Of a stretch of DNA of 64,000 nt, positions 1 to 10,188 are shown piece by piece. Positions within the stretch are counted from its first letter, which is position 1. Each line of letters opens with the position of its first letter. This DNA is from Hyphomicrobiaceae bacterium (GTDB taxonomy: Bacteria > Pseudomonadota > Alphaproteobacteria > Rhizobiales > Hyphomicrobiaceae), in NCBI GenBank assembly GCA_022842785.1, contig JALHOW010000010.1, positions 31,224-95,223 on the forward strand. Reading direction: 5' to 3'. Under the pieces are notes generated by a model. That model did no database searches and was not told the origin of the DNA. It was given only the letters and a program-made list of their open reading frames with translations. A program made the translations under genes and the position numbers.

Positions 1-1
1 C

Positions 2-457
2 GTGCTCGGGCTGACCTTCAAATGGGGTGCGCTGGTCGGCTGGACGGCGGCACGAGGGCAGCTCGAATGGCCGGCCATCCTGCTCTACGCCGGCTGCGTC
101 ACATGGACGATCGGTTACGACACCCTCTACGCCCATCAGGACAAGGAAGACGACCTTTCGCTCGGCCTGGGATCGACGGCGCTGCGCTTCGGTGATCAGA
201 CGAAATCGTGGGTCAGCGGCCTTTATGCGTTCGCCATCGTCATGTGGGCGCTCGCGGCCTGGCTCTCCGGTGTCGGCGCGATCGGGATGATGGCTTTGGC
301 GGCCGCGGCCGCACACATGACCTGGCAGGTGGCGACGCTCGATATTTCCAATCCGCCGAACTGCCTCAAGCGCTTCAGGTCGAACCGCGATTTGGGTTGG
401 CTCGTCTTCGCCGGCTTCGTCGCGGATATGGCGCTCGCAGCGGCGTTGGCGCCTTGA
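2..457 (+). CDS. ubiA: 4-hydroxybenzoate polyprenyltransferase, C-terminal part (5' end outside window)
   Basis: UbiA motif WTIGYDTLYAHQDKEDD..G..STAL.FG; several TM helices. Confidence 0.9.
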   Translation: MLGLTFKWGALVGWTAARGQLEWPAILLYAGCVTWTIGYDTLYAHQDKEDDLSLGLGSTALRFGDQTKSWVSGLYAFAIVMWALAAWLSGVGAIGMMALAAAAAHMTWQVATLDISNPPNCLKRFRSNRDLGWLVFAGFVADMALAAALAP

Positions 458-621
458 ACGCTTGGGGCTTGCGGTGTCGCACGGCTCCCTTCAAACTGGT
501 CTAAACAAGAGGTGGCCGCATCGCGAGAGCCATCGCAGAGAGAGCGGCGCATCGAAAGTGGGGTTCAGCCCTCGCCCGCTAGTTCTCTTTGGCCCGAAAC
601 AAATCCTGAAGGCGCCCGTCC

Positions 622-876
622 ATGCCTGATACGACTTCCAAGCCCCGCCAGCTCCTCCATCTTGTCTTCGGCGGCGAGCTGTCCGACCTCGACAAGCACG
701 AGTTCGCCGACCTCGAGAAACTAGATGTAGTCGGCATCTATCCCAACTATGCCGAGGCCTACAAAGCGTGGAAGGCGGCCGCCCAGAAGACGGTCGACAA
801 TGCCCAGATGCGGTATTTCATCGTGCACATGCACCGCCTCCTCGACCCCGTCGAGGAGCCATCTCCGAAGGGGTGA
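622..876 (+). CDS. DUF4170 family small protein
   Basis: LLHLVFGGEL...LDVVGIYPNY..A..AWKAAAQ.TVDNA.MRYFIVH.HRLLDP is typical of this alphaproteobacterial family. Confidence 0.8.
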   Translation: MPDTTSKPRQLLHLVFGGELSDLDKHEFADLEKLDVVGIYPNYAEAYKAWKAAAQKTVDNAQMRYFIVHMHRLLDPVEEPSPKG

Positions 877-910
877 GAAAGTCGTTCGCCAAAAGTAGTG
901 GCAAATCAGA

Positions 911-1441
911 TCAATGCTGCGAAGGGAGCGGTAGTCCCTGATCTATAAAGTGCTGTTTCAATAGTGCCAGACATGCGTCAGTGTCGACTTCGTGGGCCAA
1001 CCCAGCCGCGCCAGCGACGGCGTGGTTTATAGCTTCGAGGGCGTCGGGATATCGGAATTCGGAAACAACGTTCTCCAGGACGCCGGCAGGATTGGAGAAC
1101 TTGCGCCAATTCGAGATCAGCCATGCCAGCGTAATACGCAACCACTTGGCTTCGACGTGTTCCTCATTTGCCGGCTGTTCCTGGTCCGCCAAGTGTTCGG
1201 CAAGTTCTTTGATTTCGACGTCGTTTTCCGGCTTCAACAGAGATAGATCGATCTGGGCCTGTTGCGACCCAGGATCCATGCCAATTCGGGATGCCGCCAA
1301 TTCAACAATTGCCTCGCGATTGATGATGCCCCGGCGGCAGGCCCATAGCGCTTCGCTCCATGATATCGGCTCATAGCCAACTATGAACTTCATGGGCACG
1401 TAGAGCGTGAAACGATCTCTGCCGAGCAAGATCTCAATCAT
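911..1441 (-). CDS. DUF2247 (Imm38)-like putative polymorphic-toxin immunity protein, orphan
   Basis: Pattern ISWSEALW...IDLSLL..E...EIKEL.E.LA..E......KWLRITLAWL......NP..VLE.V.SEF.YP recalls DUF2247; visibly more AT-rich than neighbours. Confidence 0.6.
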   Translation of the reverse strand: MIEILLGRDRFTLYVPMKFIVGYEPISWSEALWACRRGIINREAIVELAASRIGMDPGSQQAQIDLSLLKPENDVEIKELAEHLADQEQPANEEHVEAKWLRITLAWLISNWRKFSNPAGVLENVVSEFRYPDALEAINHAVAGAAGLAHEVDTDACLALLKQHFIDQGLPLPSQH

Positions 1442-1570
1442 ATTGCACTCTTTGGCATAGCCAGCTGTCGATGTCGGCTAGCAATTGCCTCCAACCTTGC
1501 ATCCCGCCCGCCACCGGTCTAGCACTAGCGCCGATCCTTTCAGCATCAAGAAAAGCAAGGGCGGTTCCCC

Positions 1571-2683
1571 ATGGCGACGCATAACCTGCTCCTCCTGCCC
1601 GGTGACGGCATTGGCCCCGAGGTCATGGCCGAGGTCGACCGCTTCATCTCCTTCCTCGCCAAGAAGTCCAAGGCCGAGTTTCGCATCGAGCAGGCGCTCT
1701 GCGGCGGGTGCTCCATCGACAAGCACGGCACGCCGCTGACCGAGGAGGTCCTCGCCAAGGCCAAGGCCGCCGACGCCATCATCTTCGGCTCGGTCGGTGG
1801 TCCCAAGTGGGACAAGGTCGCCTACGAGATCCGTCCCGAGGCGGGTCTGCTGCGGCTCAGGAAGGAGCTCGACCTCTTCGCGAACCTGCGTCCCGCGATT
1901 TGCTATCCGGCGCTGGCCGAAGCCTCGAGCCTAAAGCGCGAGCTTGTAGAAGGCCTCGACATTCTCATTCTGCGCGAGCTGACGGGCGGCACTTATTTCG
2001 GCGAGCCGAAGGAGATCGTGACGCTCGAGAACGGCCAGAAGCGCGCCGTCGATACAACCGTGTACCAGACGTACGAGATCGAGCGCATTGCCCGCGTGGC
2101 CTTCGACCTCGCGCGCAAGCGCAGCAACAAGGTGCACTCCGCCGAGAAGCGCAACGTCATGAAGACGGGCGTACTCTGGAACCAGGTTGTGACGGCCGTC
2201 CATCAGGCGGAAGCCAAGGACGTCGAGCTGCAGCATATTCTCGCCGATGCTTGCGCCATGCAGCTCGTGCGCAATCCGAAGCAGTTCGACGTGATCGTTT
2301 GCGACAACCTCTTCGGCGACATGCTCTCCGACGAAGCGGCGATGCTCGCTGGCTCCCTCGGTATGCTGCCGTCGGCATCGCTCGGCTCGCCCGATCCCAA
2401 GACCGGCATTCCCAAGGCGCTCTACGAGCCGATCCATGGCTCGGCGCCGGACATTGCCGGCAAGGGTATTGCCAATCCGATCGCGCAGCTTGCCTCGTTC
2501 GGTATGGCGATGCGTTACTCGTGCAATATGGTCAAAGAGGCGGACCTGCTCGACAAGGCGATCGCCAATACGCTCGCTCAGGGCTACCGCACGGCTGACA
2601 TCATGCAGCCGAACATGCGCAGTGTCGGCACGACCGAGATGGGCAAGGCCATCGTCACCGAGATGGAGCGCCTGATCGGCTAA
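1571..2683 (+). CDS. leuB: 3-isopropylmalate dehydrogenase
   Basis: LLPGDGIGPEV, PEAGLLRLRK, NLFGDMLSDEA, EPIHGSAPDIAG motifs. Confidence 0.97.
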   Translation: MATHNLLLLPGDGIGPEVMAEVDRFISFLAKKSKAEFRIEQALCGGCSIDKHGTPLTEEVLAKAKAADAIIFGSVGGPKWDKVAYEIRPEAGLLRLRKELDLFANLRPAICYPALAEASSLKRELVEGLDILILRELTGGTYFGEPKEIVTLENGQKRAVDTTVYQTYEIERIARVAFDLARKRSNKVHSAEKRNVMKTGVLWNQVVTAVHQAEAKDVELQHILADACAMQLVRNPKQFDVIVCDNLFGDMLSDEAAMLAGSLGMLPSASLGSPDPKTGIPKALYEPIHGSAPDIAGKGIANPIAQLASFGMAMRYSCNMVKEADLLDKAIANTLAQGYRTADIMQPNMRSVGTTEMGKAIVTEMERLIG

Positions 2684-2707
2684 TCTCGGAATGAGGCAGG
2701 AGGCCTG

Positions 2708-3682
2708 ATGCCGTCATCGACCCGTCCTCTGCTCTCGATCTCCGGTACAGGTTCGGCGGCGGCAACGCTGCCCGCCGTTCCCGATCGCCAGAACTGGCGT
2801 GACATCTTCTACACGGCGCGCGACGGGCTCAGGCTCTATGCGCGCCACTATCCCGCGCCCGGCTCGACGCGCCGCCCCGTGCTCTGCCTCGCCGGGCTCA
2901 CGCGTAACAGCCGCGATTTCCACCACCTCGCCAGCGTCCTCTCGAACCCGGCTCTCCCGACATCCCGCCACGTCTATGCGATCGACTACCGCGGACGTGG
3001 GCGCTCTGCGTACGATCCGGACTGGCAGAACTATCAGGTCATGAACGAGCTGCTGGATACGCTCGATTTCATGACCATCGAGGGGCTTAGCGACACGGCC
3101 ATTGTCGGTACCTCGCGCGGCGGCATCCTGGCCATGATCATGGCCGCGGTGCGCCCCGGCAATATCGGCGCCGTGGTTCTCAATGACATCGGTCCGCTCA
3201 TCGAGCGCGAAGGACTGCTCAGGATCGTCAGTTACGTCGGGCGTATCCCGCTGCCTTCGACGTGGGCCGAAGCCGGCGAACTCGTTCGCTCCATGGCGCA
3301 GCGCCACTTTCCTGCCGTCCCAAGCGACATGTGGGAGGACATCGCGCGCCAGCAATACAATGACGAGGGCGGCCGCCCAGCACCCGGTTACGACCAGGAA
3401 CTCAATCGAACGGCCTCGATCCTGGATGGGCCGTTGCCCGAACTCTGGCCGCAGTTCAAGGCGCTCTCGCGTGTGCCTGTGCTGACGCTTCGCGGCGAAC
3501 TCTCGGATATCCTCAGCGCCGCGACGGCCGAGCGCGTGCAGCGCGAGCATCCGGATATGACGCTGCTGACCGTGCCTGGGCAGGGGCACGCGCCGTTGCT
3601 GCGCGACGAGCCGAGCATCCAGGCCATCGTGGATTTCCTCGCCCGCGCCGACGCAACGTGGACGGGCCGCCATATCGGCTGA
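2708..3682 (+). CDS. Alpha/beta hydrolase
   Basis: CLAGLTRNSRDF, DYRGRG, nucleophile GTSRGG, C-terminal GHAP. Confidence 0.85.
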   Translation: MPSSTRPLLSISGTGSAAATLPAVPDRQNWRDIFYTARDGLRLYARHYPAPGSTRRPVLCLAGLTRNSRDFHHLASVLSNPALPTSRHVYAIDYRGRGRSAYDPDWQNYQVMNELLDTLDFMTIEGLSDTAIVGTSRGGILAMIMAAVRPGNIGAVVLNDIGPLIEREGLLRIVSYVGRIPLPSTWAEAGELVRSMAQRHFPAVPSDMWEDIARQQYNDEGGRPAPGYDQELNRTASILDGPLPELWPQFKALSRVPVLTLRGELSDILSAATAERVQREHPDMTLLTVPGQGHAPLLRDEPSIQAIVDFLARADATWTGRHIG

Positions 3683-3795
3683 GGTGGCACGTCTTTGGCG
3701 CGATTCACCAGGGGATAGAGCCCGCGCCGTACTTTACTTCGCTTCGCCAGCTACCCAGCATGAACTCCGGTTCCTGTACGCGGAGGTGTGGTGCG

Positions 3796-4863
3796 ATGGG
3801 AGGGCGTAGTTCCAGCATTCAGAAGGCATCGCTATCCGCCCTGCACTATGCCGGGATCGACAGTCTCGCCGCAGGCCTGAGCCGCGGAACAGGCGCGATC
3901 TTCGCGCTTCATCATGTGCTGCCGGCGACGCCCATGGCCTTTGCGCCGAACCGGCACCTCGAAGTCACGCCCGAGTTTCTGGACCGTACCATCCGGCTCG
4001 TCATCGAGCGCGGTTACGACGTGATCTCGCTCGACGATGCGCGCGTGCGCCTCGCTGAGGGGGATCTCGCGCGGCCATTCGTCTGCTTCACGTTCGACGA
4101 TGGCTATCGCGACGTCCTGCAGCACGCCTATCCGGTCTTCAAGCGCCATCAACGGCCCTTTGCGGTCTACATCGCGAGCGATTTCGCGGACGGGCATGGG
4201 AGTATCTGGTGGCGTGCCCTCGAGAATCTCGTGCGGAACGTCGACACCATCGAGCTGAAAATCGACGGTACGCTGCAGCATTTCTCGTGCGAGCGTCCGG
4301 CCGCGAAAGCTCGCGCGTATGTGGCTATCCATCGATGGCTCAGGCGGCTGCCTGAGGACGATGCCCGTGAGATCGTTGCCGATCTTTGCCGGCACCACGA
4401 GATCGATGTCAGCGGGCTCTGCGGCGAGCTGGCCATGAGTTGGGCGGAAATTCGCGAGCTCGCGCGAGATCCTCTCGTCACCATTGGCGCACACACGCGC
4501 CGCCATGTGCCGATAGGACCGCTGTCCTATGCGGAGGCGCGTGCCGAAATCGGCGAGAGCTGCGCGCGCGTCGGGCGCGAGATCGGACGTCCCTGCCGCC
4601 ACTTCAGCTTCCCGGAGGGCGGGGTCGGACCGCGGGAGTTCGAGCTCGCTCGCGAGGCCGGCCTCGCGACTGCAGTGACATCCCACAGCGGCCTGCTGAA
4701 GCCGCATCATGCCTCGGCTATGGATGCGCTCCCCCGCATAGCGCTCAACGGTGATCTCCAGAAGCCTCACTATGTGAAGGTGCTGCTTTCGGGCGTGCCG
4801 TTTGCGCTGGACAGCGGTGCCCGGCGGGTGGGCCTGCGCCGTCCGTCAGCGGCAACCGCCTGA
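3796..4863 (+). CDS. Polysaccharide deacetylase (NodB/CE4 family)
   Basis: TFDDGY, IGAHT..H, FSFPEG motifs; start chosen from GGAGGT RBS at 3782-3787. Confidence 0.85.
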   Translation: MGGRSSSIQKASLSALHYAGIDSLAAGLSRGTGAIFALHHVLPATPMAFAPNRHLEVTPEFLDRTIRLVIERGYDVISLDDARVRLAEGDLARPFVCFTFDDGYRDVLQHAYPVFKRHQRPFAVYIASDFADGHGSIWWRALENLVRNVDTIELKIDGTLQHFSCERPAAKARAYVAIHRWLRRLPEDDAREIVADLCRHHEIDVSGLCGELAMSWAEIRELARDPLVTIGAHTRRHVPIGPLSYAEARAEIGESCARVGREIGRPCRHFSFPEGGVGPREFELAREAGLATAVTSHSGLLKPHHASAMDALPRIALNGDLQKPHYVKVLLSGVPFALDSGARRVGLRRPSAATA

Positions 4864-5013
4864 GGGAATTTCCGAGCACCTTGTTCGTTAGTCACTGTGC
4901 GACAGTTTTGTCGTGAACAGACGGCTTGTTCCGGCCGGGTGTTCATGTCAATTGTCGCCCGCCGGGCCGGCCCGGCCAAGAAAGTTCGTCACCGCAGGTT
5001 TGCTGGAGGAGCC

Positions 5014-5757
5014 ATGGTGCAGACAGTCATTTGCGCAAAGTGGGGCACTCGGTATCCCTCGGCATATGTGAACTGTCTGTGGTCGATGATCCGTCGAAAT
5101 TCGAAACGCGATACGCGCCTCGTCTGCTACACCGATGACGCGACCGGAATAGACCCGGATGTCGTCACCTACCCGATGCCGACGGTGCCGATTCCTTCGC
5201 GCAAGGCCAACTATCCCTGGCGCAAGATCTCGCTCTGGCAAGAACAACTGGAAGGCATCTCAGGGGACGTGCTGTTCCTCGACCTCGATGTCGTCGTGAC
5301 GGGTTCGATCGACGAGTTCTTCGATTACAAGCCCGAGGCGACCTTCTGCGTCATCGAGAACTGGACGCAGATGGGATCGAAGATCGGCAATACGTCCGTC
5401 TATCGCTTCCGCGTCGGTTCGCACGCCTATCTCTACGAGACCCTGGCGGCCGATCCCATGGGCGTCACGGAACGCTTTCCCAATAGCCAGACGTACATCT
5501 CGCGTACGATCAAGAGCATCGAGTTCTGGCCGGCGCCATGGTGTGTCAGCTTCAAGCACACGCTCATGCCAAGATGGCCGCTGAATTTCGTCATGACGAC
5601 GAAGCTGCCGCCCGCGACGAAGGTTGTCTGCTTCACAGGCAAGCCCGATCCGGATGAAGCGCGTGACGGCGCCTGGCCCACGAAGCGCTGGTACGAGAAG
5701 GCCTACAAGTTCGTCCGCCCGACACCCTGGATCGCCGCGCATTGGCGCGAAGATTGA
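5014..5757 (+). CDS. GT-A fold glycosyltransferase
   Basis: VICAKWGTRY...YVN, CYTDD, VLFLDLDVVV (DxD); GGAGGA RBS before ATG 5014. Confidence 0.75.
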   Translation: MVQTVICAKWGTRYPSAYVNCLWSMIRRNSKRDTRLVCYTDDATGIDPDVVTYPMPTVPIPSRKANYPWRKISLWQEQLEGISGDVLFLDLDVVVTGSIDEFFDYKPEATFCVIENWTQMGSKIGNTSVYRFRVGSHAYLYETLAADPMGVTERFPNSQTYISRTIKSIEFWPAPWCVSFKHTLMPRWPLNFVMTTKLPPATKVVCFTGKPDPDEARDGAWPTKRWYEKAYKFVRPTPWIAAHWRED

Positions 5758-5781
5758 AGCCTTCGCGCGAGCGACCGAGTT

Positions 5782-5997
5782 TCATTGCGCTTCGGGCGGC
5801 GACGCATACATCCATTTGATGAGATAGCCGGCCGGCAGCACCCAGGCGACACCAGCAATCGCGTAGAAGATCAGTTCCACGATCTTGCCGGATCCCGGCA
5901 GGACGGATGCCGCCGCCAGCATCACGACCAGCGAGTAGATGATCAGGACGACAAGCAGAAGTACCGTCCCGAGGAGCTTTCGTGTGCGTGCGTGCAT
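5782..5997 (-). CDS. DUF2842 family small membrane protein
   Basis: R.RKLLG..LL....IY...V; FYAIAGVAWVLPA..LIKWM. Confidence 0.8.
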   Translation of the reverse strand: MHARTRKLLGTVLLLVVLIIYSLVVMLAAASVLPGSGKIVELIFYAIAGVAWVLPAGYLIKWMYASPPEAQ

Positions 5998-6006
5998 GAT
6001 TATCCG

Positions 6007-7134
6007 TCAGTCGAAAACGATCATCTGCCGTACGACGGCAGCATCTGCGAGCCGGTCGAAGCCTTCGTTGACCTCGTCGAGCTTGATCAGCGCGCTGCGG
6101 AGCCGGTCCACAGGCAACTTGCGGTCCTTGTAGAGCGAAATATAGCGCGGCACGTCACGCGCAATGACGCATCCGCCCATGTAGCTGCCCTTCACTGTGC
6201 GGCCGTCCTGGACCATCTGATAGTGATTGACGGGGAACTGCGCCGTCGCAGGCGAGAGGCCGGCGGATACGGTCTGACCACCACGCACGGTGATCTTGTA
6301 GGCGAGTTCCATGGCTTTGATGCTTCCGGCCATCTCGAAGGATGAATCCACCCCGCCATCCGTCGCCGCGATGATGCGATCGACGCAATCGGCGTCCTTG
6401 GCGTTGAACGTGTCCGTGGCGCCGAGTTGACGCGCGAGCGCGAGCTTTTCATCCGAAACGTCGATCGCGAGAATGCGCCCGGCGCCCGCGACGATCGCGC
6501 CGAGAAGGCATGAAAGTCCGACGCCGCCGAGGCCGACGACAGCGACCGTCTCACCCGGCTTCACGTTGGCCGTATTCACGGCCGCGCCGACACCGGTCAC
6601 GACAGCGCAACCGAACAGCGCCGCATCATGCATCGGCACGTCCGAGGGGATTTTCTGCACGGAGTTGCGCGGCACGACAGCGTACTCGGCGAAGCACGAT
6701 AGGCCGGAGTTGTGCGCGATCGATTGCCCTTTGAGGCTCAGGCGCCGCCCGCCGGTCGCGAGATCGCCTTTCTGACGGGCTGCGTTGAAGGTCGTGCACA
6801 GGAACGGCCGCTGCGAGATGCACTGGCGGCACTGCCCGCAGCTCGGCGCGAAGATGAAGACGACGGAGTCGCCCGGTTTGATGTCGGTCACACCGGCGCC
6901 GACCTCGGTGACGACGCCCGCGCCCTCGTGGCCCACAACCATGGGCAATGGGCGCGGCCTGACGCCTTCGATGGTCGAGAGATCAGAGTGGCAGAGCCCC
7001 GCGGCCTTCACCTGGACGAGCACTTCGCCGGCGCGCGGCCCTTCGAGGTCGAGCGTCTCGATCCTGAGCGGCTGGCTTTTGGCATAAGGACGCGGCAGGC
7101 CCTGCTCGTACAGGACGGCACCTCGGATTTTCAT
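6007..7134 (-). CDS. Zn-dependent alcohol dehydrogenase (class III-like)
   Basis: GLCHSD, GHEGAG, CGQCRQC structural Zn site, FGCAVVTG, GLGGVG. Confidence 0.92.
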   Translation of the reverse strand: MKIRGAVLYEQGLPRPYAKSQPLRIETLDLEGPRAGEVLVQVKAAGLCHSDLSTIEGVRPRPLPMVVGHEGAGVVTEVGAGVTDIKPGDSVVFIFAPSCGQCRQCISQRPFLCTTFNAARQKGDLATGGRRLSLKGQSIAHNSGLSCFAEYAVVPRNSVQKIPSDVPMHDAALFGCAVVTGVGAAVNTANVKPGETVAVVGLGGVGLSCLLGAIVAGAGRILAIDVSDEKLALARQLGATDTFNAKDADCVDRIIAATDGGVDSSFEMAGSIKAMELAYKITVRGGQTVSAGLSPATAQFPVNHYQMVQDGRTVKGSYMGGCVIARDVPRYISLYKDRKLPVDRLRSALIKLDEVNEGFDRLADAAVVRQMIVFD

Positions 7135-7239
7135 GTTTCGCGTATCCTCCCCGATATGGCTCGTTGCACGTTAGCGCAGCCGATGCAGCTTCGCGAGGCT
7201 TGGTGGCGCAGTGCGGCGATGCGCCGGATGCGGTGATGC

Positions 7240-8319
7240 TTAGATCTCGATGATTTGGCCCGGCTGAACCGCGCGGAAGCGGTCCGCTGCGATGCCCTTC
7301 TGCGCCAGCGCCTCGGCGAGCGCCAGGGGCGGCGCATCCCGTGCTTCAGTCGTGAGCTGGAAAGTGCCCCAGTGATGGCCGAGCGCCATCTCCGCACCGC
7401 ATATTTGGAAAGCTTTCACGGCATCGTCGGGGTTCATGTGCTGATGCTTCATGAACCAGCGCGGTTCGTAGGCGCCGATCGGCAGCAGCGCCATGCGGAT
7501 GCCCGGATGGCGGGTGCCTACGTGCCGGAACGTGCCGCCATCGCCGAGGCCGCTGTCGCCAACGGCATAGATCCGCCCCGCCGGTGTCTCGATGACGAAA
7601 CTCGCCCAGAGTGCGTGTCGCCTATCGCGGGCGCCGCGCGCGGACCAGTGATGCGTCGGCTCGGTGTGCACGACGATGCCATTGTCGAGTTCTGTCCGGT
7701 CGCCCCAATCCACGGTGGTCGCCGCGAGGTCGAGAATGCCCTCCCGCATGATCACGTCATTGCCGAGCGGCGTGATGATTCGCGGTTTGTCGCGTGCCCA
7801 CAGCCGCGCGAGGGTCGCCAAGTCGAGATGGTCATAATGATTGTGGGTGACGAGTATCGCGTGGATCTTCGGAAGATCCTCGAAGCGGATGCCCGGTGCG
7901 CAGCAGCGTGTAGGTCCGAAGCGTGCGAAGGGGCTCGCGCGGTCGGACCATTGAGGATCAACAAGGATGTTGACGCCGCCCGCCTGGATCAGCCAGCTCG
8001 CATGACCCACAAAGGCGATCCGAGCGCGTTGTCCCGTGACCTCGCTCGGTGGTTTATCCAGAAATGGGCTTTCGACTTTCGCCGGCCATTTCTCCCACTT
8101 TTCCATGAAATAGATCTGCAGGATGCGATGCGGCCCTCCGGGCTGTGTGCCACCCGGGTTGTGGAAGAGCGTTCCGTCGAAATGGTCGCTGACCGGGCCC
8201 TGGTAGTAGGCGTTGGCGCGCCCAGGCCCAAAGCCCGCGTATCCAGCGGTGCCAAGCAGCCCTGTTGCTGAAAGCATCTTGATCAGACGCCGGCGTGTCG
8301 GTCGCACTGCCACCCTCAT
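7240..8319 (-). CDS. MBL-fold metallo-hydrolase (NAPE-PLD-like) with Tat-like signal
   Basis: TRRRLIK signal; VGHASWLI, THNHYDHLD, HHWSAR, GHHWGTFQLT; start trimmed to ATG 8319. Confidence 0.85.
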   Translation of the reverse strand: MRVAVRPTRRRLIKMLSATGLLGTAGYAGFGPGRANAYYQGPVSDHFDGTLFHNPGGTQPGGPHRILQIYFMEKWEKWPAKVESPFLDKPPSEVTGQRARIAFVGHASWLIQAGGVNILVDPQWSDRASPFARFGPTRCCAPGIRFEDLPKIHAILVTHNHYDHLDLATLARLWARDKPRIITPLGNDVIMREGILDLAATTVDWGDRTELDNGIVVHTEPTHHWSARGARDRRHALWASFVIETPAGRIYAVGDSGLGDGGTFRHVGTRHPGIRMALLPIGAYEPRWFMKHQHMNPDDAVKAFQICGAEMALGHHWGTFQLTTEARDAPPLALAEALAQKGIAADRFRAVQPGQIIEI

Positions 8320-8479
8320 CGATGCTCGCGCGGCGCAGCCTGCGCTCTCCGCATGGCTCACCGATTGTGTCGGTCGCGCTGGTATCGCATCATAAGTCCA
8401 GACACAATCGGTCCGCCGCTCAAAATTCCGAGAAGTCGGGGCCCGACACGGGGCCTGACACGGGGAAGGAAACACTTCG

Positions 8480-10150
8480 ATGGCAAAGAACCAGATCACC
8501 GGCCGCTCGGCCTTCCTCTCCGTTCTCAAGGATGAGGGCGTTACGCACCTTTTCGGTAATCCCGGCACGACCGAGCTGCCGATCATGCACGCGCTCGCCG
8601 AGCACCCGGACATGAACTACGTGATGGCCATGCAGGAGAGCCTGGTGGTTGCCATGGCCGATGGCTACTCGCGCGCTTCGGGCCAGCTCACGGCGTGCAA
8701 TGTTCACGTCGCGCCCGGTCTCGGTAATGCCCTCGGCTCGCTCTACAACGCGAAGTTCACTGGTACCCCCATAATTCTCACGGCGGGCCAGCAGGAGCAG
8801 GGCCACGGCCTTACCGAGCCGCTGCTTTACGACAACCTCGTTCCCATGGCGGAGCCGCTGGTCAAATGGGCGATCGAGGTCACGCGCCTCGAGGACCTTC
8901 CGCGCATCATGCGGCGCGCTGCCAAGGTCGCCATGACGCCGCCGACCGGCCCCGTCTTCATCTCGCTGCCGGGCGATATTCTCAACATGGAAGGTGGCAT
9001 CGATCTCGGCTCGTCGACGCGTATCGACAGCCGCGTGCGCCCATCCGACGAAGTCCTCGACGCGCTCGTCGCGCGCATCCTCAAGGCCGAGCGTCCGATC
9101 ATCATCGTCGGCGACGAGATCGTGAAGAGCGATGCGCTCAAGGAGGCGGCCGAATTCGCCGAAGCCTTCGGCTGTCCGGTGATGCAGCAGAGCGTCGCCT
9201 ATGGCGCACACTTCCTCTCCGAAAGCCCCTGTTACATCGGCGGTCTCAATCGCGAGCAGCCGGACGTCCGAGCGGCGCTCTCACCTTACGATCTGATGAT
9301 CGTCCTCGGCGCCGATCCGATCCGTATGTCGGTGTGGAGCGAGATTGATCCGATGCCGTCCGAGCTGGCGATGGTCCAGATCGGCCTCAATGACTGGGAT
9401 CTCGCCAAGAACTACTCGGCCGAGATGGCCGTCCGCGCCGATGTGCGCGAGACGCTGCGCGTGCTGACGCCGGCGCTCCTGAAGAAGGGGGGCAGCGCTC
9501 TCAAAGAGCGTGCTGCGAAGTCGCTCGCTGCGCTCAAGGAGAGCAACTGGACCGCCAAGCGCAAGAAGCTCGTATCGACGATCGATGCCCGCGAGATCGT
9601 GAAGGGCAAGCCGATCAACCCGGACTTCATGACGCTGCGCATTGTGGAGTCGATCCCGAAGGATGCCGTGGTCGTCAACGAGTCGCTCACGAGCGGCCGC
9701 CTCCTGAACAGCCTGCTCGCCTATCGTGATCGCTTCGGCTACCACGGACTTGCTTCGGGCGGCATTGGCTGGAGCGTGCCGGCTTCGGTCGGCATATCCT
9801 TGGCGCAGAAGGACCGCCCGGTCGTATGCGTCGTCGGCGATGGCTCGGCGATGTATTCCATCCAGGCGCTTTGGACGGCCGCGCACCACAGGCTGCCGAT
9901 CACCTACATCATCTGCAACAACGGCGGCTATCGCATCATCAAGCAGCGCCTCAAGCTGTTTCATAAGAACGACCAGTTCGTCGGCATGGATTTCGTGGAG
10001 CCGGCGGTGGACTTCACGGCGCTGGCGAAGTCCATGGGTCTCGAGGCGCACCGCATCACGGATCCGGCAGCTCTCGAGCCGGCAATCCGCAAGGCGACCT
10101 CGACACCCGGCGCCAAGCTCCTCGAGGTCATGGTCGAGGGGCATGTATAG
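8480..10150 (+). CDS. Thiamine pyrophosphate-dependent enzyme (benzoylformate decarboxylase-like)
   Basis: FGNPGTTELP, QESLVVAMADGY, TPP motif GDGSAMY...NNGGY. Confidence 0.9.
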   Translation: MAKNQITGRSAFLSVLKDEGVTHLFGNPGTTELPIMHALAEHPDMNYVMAMQESLVVAMADGYSRASGQLTACNVHVAPGLGNALGSLYNAKFTGTPIILTAGQQEQGHGLTEPLLYDNLVPMAEPLVKWAIEVTRLEDLPRIMRRAAKVAMTPPTGPVFISLPGDILNMEGGIDLGSSTRIDSRVRPSDEVLDALVARILKAERPIIIVGDEIVKSDALKEAAEFAEAFGCPVMQQSVAYGAHFLSESPCYIGGLNREQPDVRAALSPYDLMIVLGADPIRMSVWSEIDPMPSELAMVQIGLNDWDLAKNYSAEMAVRADVRETLRVLTPALLKKGGSALKERAAKSLAALKESNWTAKRKKLVSTIDAREIVKGKPINPDFMTLRIVESIPKDAVVVNESLTSGRLLNSLLAYRDRFGYHGLASGGIGWSVPASVGISLAQKDRPVVCVVGDGSAMYSIQALWTAAHHRLPITYIICNNGGYRIIKQRLKLFHKNDQFVGMDFVEPAVDFTALAKSMGLEAHRITDPAALEPAIRKATSTPGAKLLEVMVEGHV

Positions 10151-10188
10151 GCCTGAGCGCGATCGCTGATCAAAGGCTCAACCTATCG

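Noticed and set aside
1438-1520. Upstream frame ending in an ATGA overlap with the immunity-like gene, as a possible toxin remnant
   Set aside because: Only about 26 codons between stops, with no recognisable toxin motif
3685-3699. TGGCACGTCTTTGGC as a sigma54 promoter
   Set aside because: The -12 element is TTGG rather than TTGC, so the essential GC is absent
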